Source: Opitutaceae bacterium (lineage in GTDB: Bacteria; Verrucomicrobiota; Verrucomicrobiia; Opitutales; Opitutaceae). Taken from it: DNA of 28,183 bases. A program made the translations under genes and the position numbers. This document shows positions 1-11,397 of the stretch, piece after piece (position 1 is the stretch's first letter; the number at the start of each line of letters is the position of its first letter). The stretch lies in the NCBI GenBank assembly GCA_044344065.1, contig JBIJDP010000001.1, forward strand, positions 1 through 28,183. The letters run 5' to 3'. A model generated the notes under the pieces. It saw only the letters and a list, made by a program, of their open reading frames with translations. It was not told where the DNA came from and searched no databases.

Positions 1-196
1 TTGGTGTGCTCTGCGCAAGAATTCTGGCATGCATTGTGATCACAGGTTGTTACTGAAAGGCCTTCTCAACGTGAAGCATATCTTTGCTCTCAAGTTTTTA
101 GGCGGCCCATGCTTATTTAAATCAACGATTCGAGTTCTGGGAAATTCAGATTTATATCGTTCATCATGAAAAATTGTCGCAACTAGGAAAATCAAT

Positions 197-379
197 ATGT
201 CGCGCTTGATAAAACTCGAAACGTGGGCAAAAAAAGAATATGGAAATGATGCCCCTGATCCACGCACTTTGCGACGTTGGGCCCGCGACGGGCAACTTTT
301 TCCTCCCGCTGAGCAGCATGGTAAATGTTGGTTTGTTTCCCCTGAAACAAAATACCAACGCCTCAAATTTATCGTCTAG
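197..379 (+). CDS. Excisionase (lambda Xis-like winged-helix recombination directionality factor)
   Basis: 60 aa; pattern LETWAKKEYG..P..RTLRRWARDGQLFPPAEQHGKCWFV matches Xis/Exc-family proteins; lies next to AlpA and an integrase. Confidence 0.75.
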   Translation: MSRLIKLETWAKKEYGNDAPDPRTLRRWARDGQLFPPAEQHGKCWFVSPETKYQRLKFIV

Positions 380-388
380 AGCCGAAAA

Positions 389-619
389 ATGACCAGCAAA
401 ATCCTTATCAACCGCAAGAAGCTACTCTCGATGATTCCGCTGTCGGAGCGCACCATCTTCAATATGGAGCAGCGAGGGGAGTTCCCGCGACGGATTGCGC
501 TCACTAGCCGGAACGTGGCCTGGGAGCTGAATGAGGTCGAGGCGTGGATTGAGGCCCGTAAGTCGTCTGGTATTCAGGCGACGCGCCCCGGTTTCACGCC
601 GATTGCCGTGGCCGCCTGA
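389..619 (+). CDS. alpA: AlpA family phage regulatory protein
   Basis: 76 aa; LSERTIFNMEQRGEFPRRIAL..RNVAWELNEVEAWI is the typical AlpA pattern. Confidence 0.88.
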   Translation: MTSKILINRKKLLSMIPLSERTIFNMEQRGEFPRRIALTSRNVAWELNEVEAWIEARKSSGIQATRPGFTPIAVAA

Positions 620-1802
620 GCGTCAATTCGTCAATCATGTCAGCCCAATCCTGCAACATAGCCGTGCGTTGCTCCCGATACTCGGCCTTGTTGTACACCG
701 CCCTAACGCCCTTCTGTTCGTGGGCAAGGCACTTCTCAATCCAGTCGGAGTTGTACCCGGCTTCATGCAACAAGGTGCTTGCCGTTCGGCGCAGATCGTG
801 CGGCCCGAACTTCGTCAGTGCCTTGCCTTCTTTCTGCGCTAGTTTGTAGGTAAGCGTCAGCACCTGATTCAGGGTCGCGCTGCTCATGGGCGTGTCGGAG
901 TCGTATCGCGACGGCAGCACATAGTCAGAGCCGCCCGCAAAGGTTTTCAGGGCAATGAAGATATCCAGCACCTGCCTGGACAAATAGACGTTGTGCGGGT
1001 TGCGCCGCTTCATCCGTTCCTTCGGGATCGTCCAAACCGCCTCGGTGAAATTGACCTCGCTCCACGTTGCGTTCGTCAATTCGCTTTTCCGCACCATCGT
1101 GAGCAGCAGCAACTTGGCTGCAGCCCGGATGGATGGCGTCGTGCCGATGCGCTCGATGTACTGATACATCAGCGCGATCTCGTCCGGTGTCAGCGCCCGG
1201 TCGCGTGGTTCGAACTTGGCAATGGAGGTCGGCCGAACCATTTCCGCCGGGTTCTCAACCTTCTGGCCACGCTCTATCGCCCACCGAAACACCTGCATGA
1301 CAATCTCGCGCACATGCACCGCAGTGGCCGGTGCGCCGCGCTCAACGATGGTATCGGTCAGGATTCGCAAGTCCTCGTGGGTGATCTCGGTCAATTTCTG
1401 GTTGCCGAACTTGGACTTCAACTCGCGCTCATAGACCGAGCGCCGCATATCGCGCGTTGAGTCGGCCATCTGGTAGCCGCGCAGCCACTTTTCCGCCCAG
1501 GCACCGAACGTCTCGGCGTCCTTCACTCGGGCCTTGTCTCGCGCCTTCTCTTTGGCAGGAGACTTCCCGGCAGAGATCATCTTCTTGGCCTCGCCCAACT
1601 GTTCGCGGGCCTCCGACAGGGTGATGCCCCCGACGCCGTAGCGCCCGAAGGTGATGGTCTCCTGTCTGCCATTGATCGAGTAGTTGTAGCGGAACGAGAT
1701 CGACCCGGCAGGCGTGACGGCAACATAGAGGCCGTCACGGTCGTTCACTTTGTACAGCTTGTCCTGAGGTTTGAGGTTTCGCAGCTTGGTATCGGTCAGC
1801 AT
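594..1802 (-). CDS. P4-like tyrosine recombinase/integrase with N-terminal arm-binding domain
   Basis: 402 aa; N-terminus MLTDTKLRNLKPQDKLYKVNDRDGLYV; catalytic motifs VRKSEL, HDLRRT, LAH and VYN are present; GGAAGG RBS upstream. Confidence 0.95.
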   Translation of the reverse strand: MLTDTKLRNLKPQDKLYKVNDRDGLYVAVTPAGSISFRYNYSINGRQETITFGRYGVGGITLSEAREQLGEAKKMISAGKSPAKEKARDKARVKDAETFGAWAEKWLRGYQMADSTRDMRRSVYERELKSKFGNQKLTEITHEDLRILTDTIVERGAPATAVHVREIVMQVFRWAIERGQKVENPAEMVRPTSIAKFEPRDRALTPDEIALMYQYIERIGTTPSIRAAAKLLLLTMVRKSELTNATWSEVNFTEAVWTIPKERMKRRNPHNVYLSRQVLDIFIALKTFAGGSDYVLPSRYDSDTPMSSATLNQVLTLTYKLAQKEGKALTKFGPHDLRRTASTLLHEAGYNSDWIEKCLAHEQKGVRAVYNKAEYREQRTAMLQDWADMIDELTLRRPRQSA

Positions 1803-1825
1803 GGTTTCCTTCCATTTTAGGCTCC

Positions 1826-1969
1826 TGATACCATACTAGGAAAGCTCGCCAGTTTCGCCTCTCTAGCCATTGTGTATCAACGGTTTGTGCGATTTCAATA
1901 CCATGCACTTTAGAGAATTCGCAGCATGGTATCGATCGCCAATCATGGTATCAATCCAAATAATACCAC
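1826..1969. repeat. Cluster of ATACCA(T) repeats, candidate integrase arm-type sites
   Basis: TGATACCAT 1826-1834, CAATACCATGC 1896-1906, inverted GCATGGTATC 1924-1933, inverted CATGGTATCA 1944-1953 and AATACCAC 1962-1969, all between the integrase start and the att core. Confidence 0.6.
1875..1887 (+). promoter_or_regulatory. IHF-binding site in the att arm
   Basis: TATCAACGGTTTG is an exact match to the IHF consensus WATCAANNNNTTR and lies between the arm repeats. Confidence 0.55.
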
Positions 1970-2037
1970 TCGCCATGCCATAAAAAAATGATGCTTGGGA
2001 GTGCGGTATGATGCCAGCCAATGCCGAACACAGACGC

Positions 2038-2063
2038 AAAAAAGCCCGCTATTACACGGGCTT
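2038..2063 (-). terminator. Rho-independent terminator downstream of guaA
   Basis: AAGCCCG-N8-CGGGCTT stem followed by a T run on the minus strand. Confidence 0.7.
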
Positions 2064-2110
2064 AAATGGTGTTTTATGCTTTTCAGTGCCAACAGCTACC
2101 TAACGTCAGA

Positions 2111-3745
2111 TCATTCCCACTCGATCGTCGCCGGCGGCTTGCCTGAGACGTCATAGACGACCCGGTTCAAACCGCGCACTTCGTTGATGATCCGGTTCGA
2201 CACCCGGCCGAGCAGTTCGTAGGGCAGATGCGCCCAGTGGGCGGTCATGAAGTCGCTGGTGACCACGGCGCGCAGCGCGACGACGTTTTCGTAGGTGCGG
2301 CCATCGCCCATCACGCCGACGCTCTTGACCGGCAGGAAGACAGCAAAGGCCTGGCTGGTCAGGTCGTACCAGCTCTTGCCGATGTCGGCCGCAGTACAGG
2401 CGCCGGCCGCCACATCGCGCTCGGTGGCATGCGTGGCGCGCAGTTCGTCGATGAAAATGGCGTCGGCGCGCTGCAGCAGACTGGCCGCATCGCGCTTGAC
2501 CTCGCCGAGGATGCGCACGCCCAGGCCGGGGCCGGGGAAGGGGTGACGATAGACCATCTCGCGCGGCAGGCCGAGCGCGACACCCAGTTCGCGGACTTCG
2601 TCCTTGAACAGTTCGCGCAGCGGTTCGAGCAGCTTGAGGTGCATGTCTTCCGGCAGGCCGCCAACGTTGTGGTGGCTCTTGATGGTGTGGGCGCCCTTCT
2701 TGCCCTTGCCGGCCGATTCGATCACATCCGGGTAAATGGTGCCCTGGGCCAGCCACTTGGCGGCGGAGAGCTTCTTCGATTCGGTCTGGAAGACCTCGAC
2801 GAATTCCTTGCCGATGATCTTGCGCTTCTGCTCCGGGTCGGAAACGCCAGCCAGCTTGCCCATGAAGGCGTCGACGGCATCGACACGGATGACCTTGACA
2901 CCGAGGTTGCGGGCGAACATCTCCATGACCATGTCGCCTTCGTTGAGGCGCAGCAGGCCGTGATCGACGAAAACGCAGGTCAGCTGGTCGCCGATCGCCT
3001 TGTGAATCAGCGCTGCGGCGACGCTGGAATCGACGCCGCCGGACAGGCCGAGGATGACTTCCTCATCGCCGACCTGGCGCTGGATCGCATCGACGGCTTC
3101 GGCAATGTAGTCGCCCATCACCCAGTCGGTGCCGCAGCCGCAAATGCCATGCACGAAGCGTTCGAGAATGGCGCGCCCCTGCTGGGTGTGCGTCACTTCC
3201 GGGTGGAACTGGACGGCATAGAACTTGCGGCTTTCGTCGGCCATCGCCGCAATCGGGCAGGAGGCGGTCGACGCCATCTTGATAAAGCCGGCCGGCAGTT
3301 CCATCACGGAATCGCCGTGGCTCATCCAGACCTTCAGCATGCCGTGGCCTTCCGGGCTGTAGAAATCGGCGATGTCGTTCAACAGCGCCGTGTGGCCGTG
3401 GGCGCGGACTTCCGAGTAGCCGAATTCGCGGGACTTGCCGGCCGCTTCGGCGGTCATCACCTGGCCGCCGAGCTGCTGGGCCATGGTCTGCATGCCATAG
3501 CAGATGCCGAGCACCGGGATGCCCAGCTCGAAAACGACGTTCGGCGCGCGCGGCGTGTCGCCCTCGGTGACCGAACTCGGGCCACCCGACAGGATGATGC
3601 CCTTGGCGCCATAGTTGCGGATGAACTCGTCGGAAACGTCGTACGGGTGGATTTCGCAGAAAACCTTGGCTTCGCGAACGCGACGGGCGATCAGCTGGGT
3701 GACCTGGGAACCGAAATCGAGGATGAGGATTTTTTGGTGGGACAT
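2111..3745 (-). CDS. guaA: GMP synthase (glutamine-hydrolysing)
   Basis: [41 protein letters not shown] and C-terminal KPPATIEWE; ATG at 3745 chosen over the longer ORF-track start. Confidence 0.98.
   Translation of the reverse strand: MSHQKILILDFGSQVTQLIARRVREAKVFCEIHPYDVSDEFIRNYGAKGIILSGGPSSVTEGDTPRAPNVVFELGIPVLGICYGMQTMAQQLGGQVMTAEAAGKSREFGYSEVRAHGHTALLNDIADFYSPEGHGMLKVWMSHGDSVMELPAGFIKMASTASCPIAAMADESRKFYAVQFHPEVTHTQQGRAILERFVHGICGCGTDWVMGDYIAEAVDAIQRQVGDEEVILGLSGGVDSSVAAALIHKAIGDQLTCVFVDHGLLRLNEGDMVMEMFARNLGVKVIRVDAVDAFMGKLAGVSDPEQKRKIIGKEFVEVFQTESKKLSAAKWLAQGTIYPDVIESAGKGKKGAHTIKSHHNVGGLPEDMHLKLLEPLRELFKDEVRELGVALGLPREMVYRHPFPGPGLGVRILGEVKRDAASLLQRADAIFIDELRATHATERDVAAGACTAADIGKSWYDLTSQAFAVFLPVKSVGVMGDGRTYENVVALRAVVTSDFMTAHWAHLPYELLGRVSNRIINEVRGLNRVVYDVSGKPPATIEWE
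2115..2122 (-). other. Putative att core in the guaA 3' end (GAGTGGGA)
   Basis: Plus strand TCCCACTC, within codons for the terminal ...IEWE; matches the core I recall for guaA islands. The partner copy is not visible. Confidence 0.6.
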
Positions 3746-3766
3746 TTTCAGTGCCTTGAATGAACA

Positions 3767-3789
3767 AGGGCGGCTCCGCGAGCCGCCCT
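3767..3789 (-). terminator. Intergenic hairpin between guaB and guaA (weak terminator or mRNA-stabilising stem)
   Basis: Perfect 10-bp stem AGGGCGGCTC-CGC-GAGCCGCCCT with only a weak U tail on the minus strand. Confidence 0.35.
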
Positions 3790-3806
3790 GAGGACCATGA
3801 AGACGA

Positions 3807-5815
<2,009 letters not shown>

Positions 5816-5828
5816 GCTGAATCCGGAA

Positions 5829-6158
5829 TTAAGCTTCAGCAGAGGCGTCGGCATCCCCGGCGCCTTTTTTCATGACCTTGCCCTCAGCTGCCCGCTGCTT
5901 GCGGACTTCCTTGGGATCGGCAATCAACGCCCGGTAGATTTCGACGCGATCCTTGTCGCGCAGGACAGAATCCGCTTTGGACAGCTTGTTCCAGATGCCG
6001 AACTTGTTTTTCTTCAAGTCGATTTCCGGATACTTGGTGAGCAGACCGGAGGCCTCCAGCGCCTGTTGCAGCGTTGCGCCTTCGGCCAAGCCGACCTTGA
6101 CCAGCTCCTGCTTGTCAGCCATTGCGTAACAAACTTCAATATTGATCATTTCAGCCAT
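5829..6158 (-). CDS. ratB: RnfH/RatB (YfjF) ubiquitin-like protein
   Basis: INIEVCYA...FGIWNK...LRDKDRVEIYRALIADPKEVRKQRA; overlaps the ratA stop. Confidence 0.92.
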   Translation of the reverse strand: MAEMINIEVCYAMADKQELVKVGLAEGATLQQALEASGLLTKYPEIDLKKNKFGIWNKLSKADSVLRDKDRVEIYRALIADPKEVRKQRAAEGKVMKKGAGDADASAEA

Positions 6159-6594
6159 GGGTGGCTCCATAAACCTGCGCGGCACGGCGTACGAAGGCAT
6201 CGACGAAGGTGTTCGCGATATGGCTGAACACCGGACCGATGACCTTTTCGAACAATTTGCTGGAAAACTCGTAGTGCAACTGGAACTCGATCTTGCAGGC
6301 ATTCTCGGCCAAGGCCTTGAAGTGCCAGGCACCTTCGAGGCGGCGGAATGGCCCATCAACCAGACGGATATGCATCGAGTGTGGGAATTCCTTGGCGTTC
6401 TCGGTGGTAAACGACGATTTCACCGAGTGGTAGTTGATATGCAGCGTCCCGACCGTCTTCGCCGCGTCGCGAAACTTGACATCGGTATGGCTGCACCACG
6501 GCAGGAAGGCCGGGTAATCCTCGCAGCGATCCACCAGCTCGAACATGCGCTCGGCGGACTGCTCGATCAATACTGTCTTTTCAACCTGGGCCAT
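6151..6594 (-). CDS. ratA: RatA/PasT (YfjG) START-domain protein
   Basis: [37 protein letters not shown] and FVDAFVRRA; canonical position divergent from smpB. Confidence 0.93.
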   Translation of the reverse strand: MAQVEKTVLIEQSAERMFELVDRCEDYPAFLPWCSHTDVKFRDAAKTVGTLHINYHSVKSSFTTENAKEFPHSMHIRLVDGPFRRLEGAWHFKALAENACKIEFQLHYEFSSKLFEKVIGPVFSHIANTFVDAFVRRAAQVYGATHG

Positions 6595-6653
6595 GCAGCA
6601 GCGGCATTCCTGTATCCTGTAGAATTGGCGATTTTAATGGATCACCCGGCAGC

Positions 6654-7103
6654 ATGAGCATCACCGTCAACAAAAAAGCCTTTCACGACTACTTCGTCGA
6701 AGAAAAGTACGAGGCCGGCATCGTCCTCGAAGGCTGGGAGGTCAAAGCCATCCGCGCCGGGCGGATGAACATCAAGGAATCCTACGTCATCATCAAGGGT
6801 GGCGAACTGTTCCTGATCGGCATGCACATCTCACCGCTGGCCCAAGCCTCGACCCACAATTCCCACGATCCGACGCGCACCCGCAAGCTGCTGCTGCACG
6901 CCCGCGAAATCGGCAAGCTGATCGGCAAGGTCGAACGCGCCGGCTATGCGCTGGTGCCGCTCGACCTGCACTTCGTGCGCGGCCGGATCAAGCTCGACAT
7001 CGGCCTGGCCAAGGGCAAGAAACAATACGACAAGCGTGCCGACGCACTGGACAAGGATACAAAGCGCGAAGCCCAGCGGGCCATAAAAGAGCGGCTGCGC
7101 TAA
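6654..7103 (+). CDS. smpB: SsrA-binding protein
   Basis: [37 protein letters not shown] and GKKQYDKR. Confidence 0.98.
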   Translation: MSITVNKKAFHDYFVEEKYEAGIVLEGWEVKAIRAGRMNIKESYVIIKGGELFLIGMHISPLAQASTHNSHDPTRTRKLLLHAREIGKLIGKVERAGYALVPLDLHFVRGRIKLDIGLAKGKKQYDKRADALDKDTKREAQRAIKERLR

Positions 7104-7202
7104 GGGAGCCAGCCCCCGTGGCGCGGCGCCGCCAATCAAATTCCGTCATCAACCCAAATGACTATGTCGTCCGTATCATTCCTAGCTTATCCTAGCGCCA
7201 AT

Positions 7203-7835
7203 ATGAAAACGGTACGTATAGTTCTCGCCGACGACCAGCTACTGATCCGCGCCGGTATTCGCGCCCTTGTCGAAACCTTGCCGGGCTACCGGATCGAGGC
7301 TGAGTGCGCCGATGGTCACGAAGCCATTGAGGCCATCCGCCGCCTTCAGCCCGACGTCGTTTTGCTCGACATCGCGATGCCTGGCCCCTCAGGCATCGAA
7401 GTGGCAAGAACCATCCGCCGTTCGGACCCCGACACCCGGATACTGGTCCTCTCCAGCATCGATCGCCCGGATATCATCGAGCAGGCGCTGGATGCCGGCG
7501 TCAATGGTTACCTGCTGAAAGACTTTGTTCTCGGCGAACTGCAACTGGCGCTCGAAACGGTACTTTCCGGCCAAAGTTTCCTTTCTCCAAAAATCCAGGA
7601 AATGCCTTTGCGCCCGGGTCTAGGCAGCAACGCCAACGGAACATTGCTGACGCCAAGGCAAACAGAAATCCTGCGCCTGGTCGCCTCCGGCCGAACCACC
7701 AAGGAAATTGCCCGCGACCTCGGGATCAGCCCGAAAACGGTCGAATTCCATCGCGGCAGGCTGATGGAAAGAATCGGCGTCCGCGACGTAACCGGATTGA
7801 CCAGGTTTGCCCTGCAGACCGGCGTAGTCTGCTAA
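7203..7835 (+). CDS. NarL/LuxR-family response regulator
   Basis: Receiver domain (LADD, LLDIAMP, GYLLK) plus LuxR HTH (LTPRQTEILRLVASGRTTKEIARDLGISPKTVEFHR). Confidence 0.93.
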   Translation: MKTVRIVLADDQLLIRAGIRALVETLPGYRIEAECADGHEAIEAIRRLQPDVVLLDIAMPGPSGIEVARTIRRSDPDTRILVLSSIDRPDIIEQALDAGVNGYLLKDFVLGELQLALETVLSGQSFLSPKIQEMPLRPGLGSNANGTLLTPRQTEILRLVASGRTTKEIARDLGISPKTVEFHRGRLMERIGVRDVTGLTRFALQTGVVC

Positions 7836-7913
7836 CGCAGCGACAACGCCGGTTTCCGGGTCTTACGTCCGGGGACTGGAAATTCGCGGGCTGGCGCCCC
7901 GTAGGCGCTCGGC

Positions 7914-8309
7914 TTACTGGTCTTGTGAATCGATGTGCGTACCGAGCTCGTCCGCCATGCGCTGGACGCACGCGCAGAGAGACGTTGCCATGGCACGCCA
8001 CTCGGCATGGCCGCCGTTGGCGGAGCGCTGATCGTCGCGCAGGGCGACTTCGAATTTTTTGGCCAGATCGACGCAACAATGGCCTGAGAACAGGACGCAA
8101 CTGCTGCGAATATCGTGCAGCGCGTCCTTGACGGCAACGCGGTCACCCCGCTCAACCGCCTCCAGCAATCGCTGACAGAGGGCGGGCGAATTCTCCAGAA
8201 ACAGCCGGATCAAACGATCAGCCGTCGCCTGATTTCGCCCCAGGTTGACCAGCAGATATTCCAGATTGCAGAGGCTCTCGTCCCCCTCTTTGCCGCTACT
8301 TCCTACCAT
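7914..8309 (-). CDS. Hpt (histidine phosphotransfer) domain protein
   Basis: All-helical 131 aa; LIRLFLENSP..CQRLLEAVERGD......LHDIRSSC resembles the Hpt H-box. Confidence 0.75.
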   Translation of the reverse strand: MVGSSGKEGDESLCNLEYLLVNLGRNQATADRLIRLFLENSPALCQRLLEAVERGDRVAVKDALHDIRSSCVLFSGHCCVDLAKKFEVALRDDQRSANGGHAEWRAMATSLCACVQRMADELGTHIDSQDQ

Positions 8310-8405
8310 GACCGGGTATCCAGTTTTCTTTGTATTATTTGGTCATAGCTTAGAGCCAAGGTATGACACAGTGAACTCGGTGATACCCTAGGCGCAAACT
8401 ACAAA

Positions 8406-8440
8406 GAAAAAGCCCGAAGCGCTTGCGCCTCGGGCTTTTC
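8406..8440. terminator. Intrinsic terminator downstream of tRNA-Asp (potentially bidirectional)
   Basis: AAAAGCCCGA...TCGGGCTTTT stem with A/T runs on both sides. Confidence 0.75.
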
Positions 8441-8448
8441 TGGAATGC

Positions 8449-8525
8449 TGGCGGAGTGGACGGGACTCGAACCCGCGACCCCCGGCGTGACAGGCCGGTA
8501 TTCTAACCAACTGAACTACCACTCC
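8449..8525 (-). tRNA. tRNA-Asp (GTC)
   Basis: Reverse complement GGAGTGGTAGTTCAGTTGGTTAGAATACCGGCCTGTCACGCCGGGGGTCGCGGGTTCGAGTCCCGTCCACTCCGCCA: 77 nt, anticodon GTC, TTCG T-loop, CCA end. Confidence 0.97.
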
Positions 8526-8636
8526 ACGTCGATCTGCCCAGGCGGGCAGCGACGAAGGCGCGAATAATAGCACGCCTCAATGGTTCCGAAAGCGCACTGC
8601 GACTACAATTTCCACCTTTCAGGCAGAATCCCGTCG

Positions 8637-10244
8637 ATGAACGATACCGGCACGCTCAACTTTCTCTGGTCGCAGGCCATGATCGCCGGTTTCGTCGCGG
8701 CCGGCGTCAGCGATGCCGTCATTTCACCGGGGTCGCGCTCGACGCCGCTGGCCCTGGCCATGCTGCGCCAGCCCCGCCTGCGTTGCCAGGTCGCTGTCGA
8801 CGAGCGCTGCGCGGCATTTTTCGGGCTGGGCATCGCCAAGGCGACGCGGCGCCCCGTTCTCCTCCTTGCCACCTCGGGCACCGCACCAGCCAACTGGCTA
8901 CCGGCGGTCATCGAGGCCAGCCTGGCCGGCGTGCCATTGATCCTGATTTCGGCCGACCGTCCGCCGGAGTTGCAGAACTGCGGCGCCAACCAGACCATCA
9001 ACCAGTTGGGGTTGTTCGGTTCGCAGGTCCGTGCCAGCCATGCGCTGGGCGCACCGCAAGCGGAATTCGATCCGGGCTACCTGCATCGACTGGCCGCCCA
9101 GGCCTGCGAGCAGGCGACCTGGCCTCACCCCGGGCCGGTCCATCTCAACCAGCCGTTTCGCGAGCCGCTGCTGCCGGCGGGCCCGACGCTTTTGGCGCCC
9201 ATTCCGGATTCGATTCCCGCGGCACCGCCCGTCATGCAAGCGGATACCGCCACCATCAGCGACTTGGCACGGCGCATTTCCGGCCGCCCCGGTCTCATCG
9301 TCTGCGGCGAAATGCCGGCCCGCCCGGGCCAGAGCGATGCCCTGGTCGCGCTGGCTGCCCGGCTGCGCTGCCCCATCCTGGCCGAACCGCTGTCCGGGCT
9401 GCGTTTCGGGCCGCACGACCGGACTCATATCGGCGTTCGCTACAACCACTGGCTGAACGATGCGCGGCTCGCCGAGCGCTGCCGGCCGGAATGGATCATC
9501 CGTTTCGGCGGCTATCCGGTGACCCGCAAGCTGCAGAACTTCATCGCCGGCGTCGGTGATACGCAGGCGCTGGCCGATCCCTGGCCGCGCTGGAGCGATC
9601 CGGCACACCGCCTGACGCATCTGCTGCGCGCCGAACCGGCGGCCGTTTGCCAAGCCCTGCTCGATGCCGCCCCGGTACCGGCGCCGGCAAGCTGGCTGGC
9701 GGCCTGCGCCGCGCTCGAAGCCGATGCGCCTGCCGAAGCCGGCCACATCCCGGTGTTGGTCGACGAACTGCCGGATGACGCCGCCCTGTTCGTCGGCAAC
9801 TCGCTGGCCATACGCCAGTTGGATGCCGATTCGGGCAGCGCGACCAAGACGCTGCATATCCATGCCAACCGCGGCGCCAGCGGCATCGACGGCAACATTT
9901 CGACAGCCGCCGGCATCGCCGCCAGTCACCGGCGCACCGTCGCCCTGATCGGCGACCTGACCTGCCAGCACGACATCGGCGGCCTGGCCCTCGCCCAGGG
10001 CCGCGATCTGGTCATCGTGACGGTCAACAACGGCGGCGGCGGGATTTTCGACCACCTGCCCCAGCGCGACCTGCCCGAATTCGACACCGGCTGGCGGACG
10101 CCGCAAAACGTCGATTTCGAGCACGCGGCCCGGACTTTTGGCATCTCCTATGCCAAGGCCGATGCGAACAAAGCGTTCAGACGTACGCTGCGCGCTGCAC
10201 TGGCCGCCGGCGGCCCGCACCTGATTGAACTGAACGTTGCCTGA
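8637..10244 (+). CDS. menD: SEPHCHC synthase (ThDP-dependent, menaquinone biosynthesis)
   Basis: [47 protein letters not shown] and GD...NNGGGGIF ThDP motif. Confidence 0.93.
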   Translation: MNDTGTLNFLWSQAMIAGFVAAGVSDAVISPGSRSTPLALAMLRQPRLRCQVAVDERCAAFFGLGIAKATRRPVLLLATSGTAPANWLPAVIEASLAGVPLILISADRPPELQNCGANQTINQLGLFGSQVRASHALGAPQAEFDPGYLHRLAAQACEQATWPHPGPVHLNQPFREPLLPAGPTLLAPIPDSIPAAPPVMQADTATISDLARRISGRPGLIVCGEMPARPGQSDALVALAARLRCPILAEPLSGLRFGPHDRTHIGVRYNHWLNDARLAERCRPEWIIRFGGYPVTRKLQNFIAGVGDTQALADPWPRWSDPAHRLTHLLRAEPAAVCQALLDAAPVPAPASWLAACAALEADAPAEAGHIPVLVDELPDDAALFVGNSLAIRQLDADSGSATKTLHIHANRGASGIDGNISTAAGIAASHRRTVALIGDLTCQHDIGGLALAQGRDLVIVTVNNGGGGIFDHLPQRDLPEFDTGWRTPQNVDFEHAARTFGISYAKADANKAFRRTLRAALAAGGPHLIELNVA

Positions 10245-10293
10245 CGCATCGTATTGCCTGCCAACACCGGCCTTGCAGGTAAAATCCACCGCC

Positions 10294-11148
10294 ATGACTT
10301 CGACCACCCACCACGTCGCCGATCCCAGCCACGCCTCGCCGCTCGGCAAGGCGACGGAATACCAGAGCCACTATGCGCCGGAACTGCTCTACCCGATCCC
10401 GCGCCAGTTGAAGCGCAGCGAACTCGGCATCGCCGACGCGGCGCTGCCCTTCGTCGGCGAGGACCTGTGGAACGCCTACGAGTTGTCGTGGCTGAATGGG
10501 AAGGGCAAGCCGGTGGTCGCCGTCGGTACCTTCCGGGTCCCGGCGACCAGCCCGAACCTGATCGAATCGAAGTCCTTCAAGCTCTACCTGAACTCCTTCA
10601 ACCAGACGGCCTTTGACAGCCTGGAAGCGGTCAGCGCCGCGATGACCCGCGATCTCTCGGCCGCCGCCGGCAGCCCCGTCACCGTCGCCCTCGAATCGCT
10701 GTCGCAGCGGCCACAAGCAGCGATCGGCACGCCGGACGGCGTCCTGCTCGACGATCTCGACATCGCCTGCGACCGCTACCAGCCGGCGCCGGAGCTGCTG
10801 GCCTGCCGGCCCGGTGACACCGTCGAGGAAACGCTGTATTCCCACCTGCTCAAGTCGAACTGCCTGGTCACCGGTCAGCCGGACTGGGCGATGGTTGTCA
10901 TCCGCTACCGCGGGGCACCGATCGACCGCGCCGGCCTGCTGCGCTACATCGTCTCCTTCCGCAACCACAACGAATTCCACGAACAGTGCGTCGAGCGCAT
11001 TTTCACGGACATTCGCCAGCGCTGCCGGCCCGAAACGCTGGCCGTCTACGCCCGCTATACGCGGCGCGGCGGTCTCGACATCAATCCGTTCCGCAGCACC
11101 GGCGAATGCTACGGTCGGCCCGAAAATACCCGCGAAATCAGACAATAG
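10294..11148 (+). CDS. queF: NADPH-dependent preQ0 reductase (bimodular QueF)
   Basis: [51 protein letters not shown] and [14 protein letters not shown]. Confidence 0.96.
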   Translation: MTSTTHHVADPSHASPLGKATEYQSHYAPELLYPIPRQLKRSELGIADAALPFVGEDLWNAYELSWLNGKGKPVVAVGTFRVPATSPNLIESKSFKLYLNSFNQTAFDSLEAVSAAMTRDLSAAAGSPVTVALESLSQRPQAAIGTPDGVLLDDLDIACDRYQPAPELLACRPGDTVEETLYSHLLKSNCLVTGQPDWAMVVIRYRGAPIDRAGLLRYIVSFRNHNEFHEQCVERIFTDIRQRCRPETLAVYARYTRRGGLDINPFRSTGECYGRPENTREIRQ

Positions 11149-11155
11149 CCCATCA

Positions 11156-11239
11156 ATGAACGCACCCGCCGCACCCGACCTGTCCAAGCACACGCCGATG
11201 ATGCGCCATTACCATTCGGCAAACTTATTTCACTTATAA
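11156..11239 (+). pseudogene. mutS: Stranded native 5' end of mutS, truncated by the island insertion
   Basis: ATG 7 nt after the queF stop encodes MNAPAAPDLSKHTPMMR (MutS N-terminal motif), then runs into AT-rich island sequence (HYHSANLFHL*). Confidence 0.9.
11201..11208 (+). repeat. attL core ATGCGCCA
   Basis: Identical to 27705-27712 and in frame with the native mutS ATG. Confidence 0.85.
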
Positions 11240-11397
11240 ATCAATAGCATACATCCAACAAAAGCCACTAGAAGCACACTGGGAAGCCATTAGGAATCCA
11301 TAAAAACCGGAAGATTTCGGCAAACTTACGAAAATGGCGGCATTTGACGGAGCTCCGTTCGGGGCGTTCTCCTCTCCTCCTACCTCTCTCGAACATC

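Larger units (their letters stand above)
1..2122. mobile_element. End of a guaA-associated genomic island (P4-type integrase); the rest lies off the left edge
   Basis: Intact tyrosine integrase transcribed away from the guaA 3' end, with adjacent excisionase and AlpA genes. The last guaA codons contain GAGTGGGA (minus strand, 2115-2122), which I recall as the core consensus of guaA-targeting islands. The second att copy is not in the window. Confidence 0.8.

Noticed and set aside
35-44. Perfect palindrome TGTGATCACA upstream of the excisionase
   Set aside because: It has CRP-like half-sites but lacks the required 6-bp spacer; a single 10-bp palindrome cannot be assigned.
2080-3755. 11-bp direct repeat TTTTCAGTGCC on both sides of guaA (2080-2090 and 3745-3755)
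   Set aside because: Matches of this length are expected by chance many times in 28 kb, and nothing suggests guaA itself is mobile.
5829-6594. ratA-ratB as a novel toxin-antitoxin or defence pair
   Set aside because: Conserved core locus next to smpB in Proteobacteria; nothing unusual here.
7104-7202. Possible tmRNA (ssrA) after smpB
   Set aside because: Too short, and no tmRNA 5' (GGGGC/GGGGG...GGATTCGAC) or tRNA-like 3' end is visible.
8449-8525. tRNA-Asp as an island integration site
   Set aside because: No duplicated tRNA 3' end or adjacent integrase; a normal terminator follows directly.
11268-11396. 42-codon ORF starting just after the HTH stop, as a possible integrase remnant
   Set aside because: No recognisable recombinase motif, and it overlaps the att-arm repeats.
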